DNA of 32,000 nt from Dickeya dadantii NCPPB 898 (GTDB taxonomy: Bacteria > Pseudomonadota > Gammaproteobacteria > Enterobacterales > Enterobacteriaceae), in contig NZ_CM001976.1 of assembly GCF_000406145.1 (NCBI RefSeq), positions 3,233,206-3,265,205 on the forward strand, in the 5' to 3' direction. Position numbers and translations under genes: made by a program. Positions 31,548 through 32,000 of the stretch are shown here, in pieces. The notes below the pieces were generated by a model, which saw only the letters and a program-made list of their open reading frames with translations, had not been told where the DNA came from and ran no database searches. How positions within the stretch are numbered: position 1 is the first letter of the stretch; every line of letters begins with the position of its first letter.

Positions 31548-32000
31548 TCAGGCCGGCGGCTCGCCAAACACGATTCGCACCCGCAGCCCGCCCAGCGTCG
31601 GGCTGTCCAGCAACTGAACCTGGGTACGATGCCAGCGGGCGATATCCCTGACCAGCGCCAGCCCCAATCCGGCGCCCGGCAGACCACCATGATTATCCAG
31701 CCGGTGAAACGGCCTCATCGCCTGCTCGCGCTCGGCCGGCGGGATACCGGGGCCGCTGTCTTCCACGTCCAGTTGTTGCGCCTGCACTCGGGCGGTCACG
31801 ATCCCGCCTGATGGCGTGTATTTCAGCGCATTATCAAGTAAGTTAGCGCACAATTCCGCCAGCAGCAGCGGCTCGCCGCGAATCAGGCAGCGCTCATTGC
31901 CTTCGTAGCCCAGATCGATCCGCCGGCTGCGCGCCAGCGGTAAACGGGAAAAACAGACGTCGCGCACCAGCTCGGCCAAATCCACCGTTTGCCAGGTGTG
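31548..32000 (-). CDS. Two-component sensor histidine kinase, C-terminal HATPase part only (gene continues past the right edge)
   Basis: The frame is open to the window edge (..HTWQTVDLAELVRDV..). It has an N-box LLAELCANLLDNALKYTP, a G1 box VEDSGPGIP and a G2 box GAGLGLALVRDIA. The specific family (QseC/TctE-like) cannot be assigned from this fragment. Confidence 0.85.
   Translation of the reverse strand, partial: HTWQTVDLAELVRDVCFSRLPLARSRRIDLGYEGNERCLIRGEPLLLAELCANLLDNALKYTPSGGIVTARVQAQQLDVEDSGPGIPPAEREQAMRPFHRLDNHGGLPGAGLGLALVRDIARWHRTQVQLLDSPTLGGLRVRIVFGEPPA

Overview
This window is conserved enterobacterial core chromosome, collinear with the E. coli K-12 nuo-lrhA-ackA/pta-his transport-purF-folC-accD-pdxB region. 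The proteins are diverged from E. coli, coding DNA is GC-rich by eye (not computed), and the LrhA homologue looks like the PecT/HexA type. A Dickeya/Pectobacteriaceae-like host is therefore my guess, by inference only. The gene order is as follows:
- nuoC(5' part)-nuoB-nuoA (-), then lrhA (-)
- a 1.33-kb AT-rich spacer
- alaA and yfbR (+)
- yfbS, hxpA(yfbT), yfbU and yfbV (-)
- ackA-pta (+)
- yfcD and yfcE (-)
- yfcG and yfcH (+)
- hisP-hisM-hisQ-hisJ (-)
- ubiX, purF and cvpA (-)
- dedD (disrupted), folC, accD, dedA, truA, usg and pdxB (-)
- the 3' end of a sensor histidine kinase (-)
I saw no tRNA or rRNA genes, CRISPR arrays, IS elements or transposases, integrases, or phage or defence-type genes. 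Every large ORF has a housekeeping orthologue of matching length. I do not find a convincing novel multi-gene system and consider this an ordinary core region. The observations worth a second look are small-scale:
1. dedD is split by a perfect 13-bp tandem duplication in its repeat-rich linker.
2. A 17-bp tandem repeat array lies in the yfbU-hxpA spacer.
3. A textbook NtrC enhancer / IHF / sigma54 promoter arrangement precedes hisJ, and an exact PurR box precedes cvpA-purF.
4. The lrhA-alaA spacer is unusually long. It holds a Shine-Dalgarno-preceded 33-codon uORF and an orphan minus-strand terminator with a 30-codon mini-ORF.
5. A GC-rich island with an 84-89 codon ORF sits in the yfbV/ackA divergent promoter region.
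Several ORF-track start codons are over-extended, and I corrected them by orthologue N-termini and RBS position.
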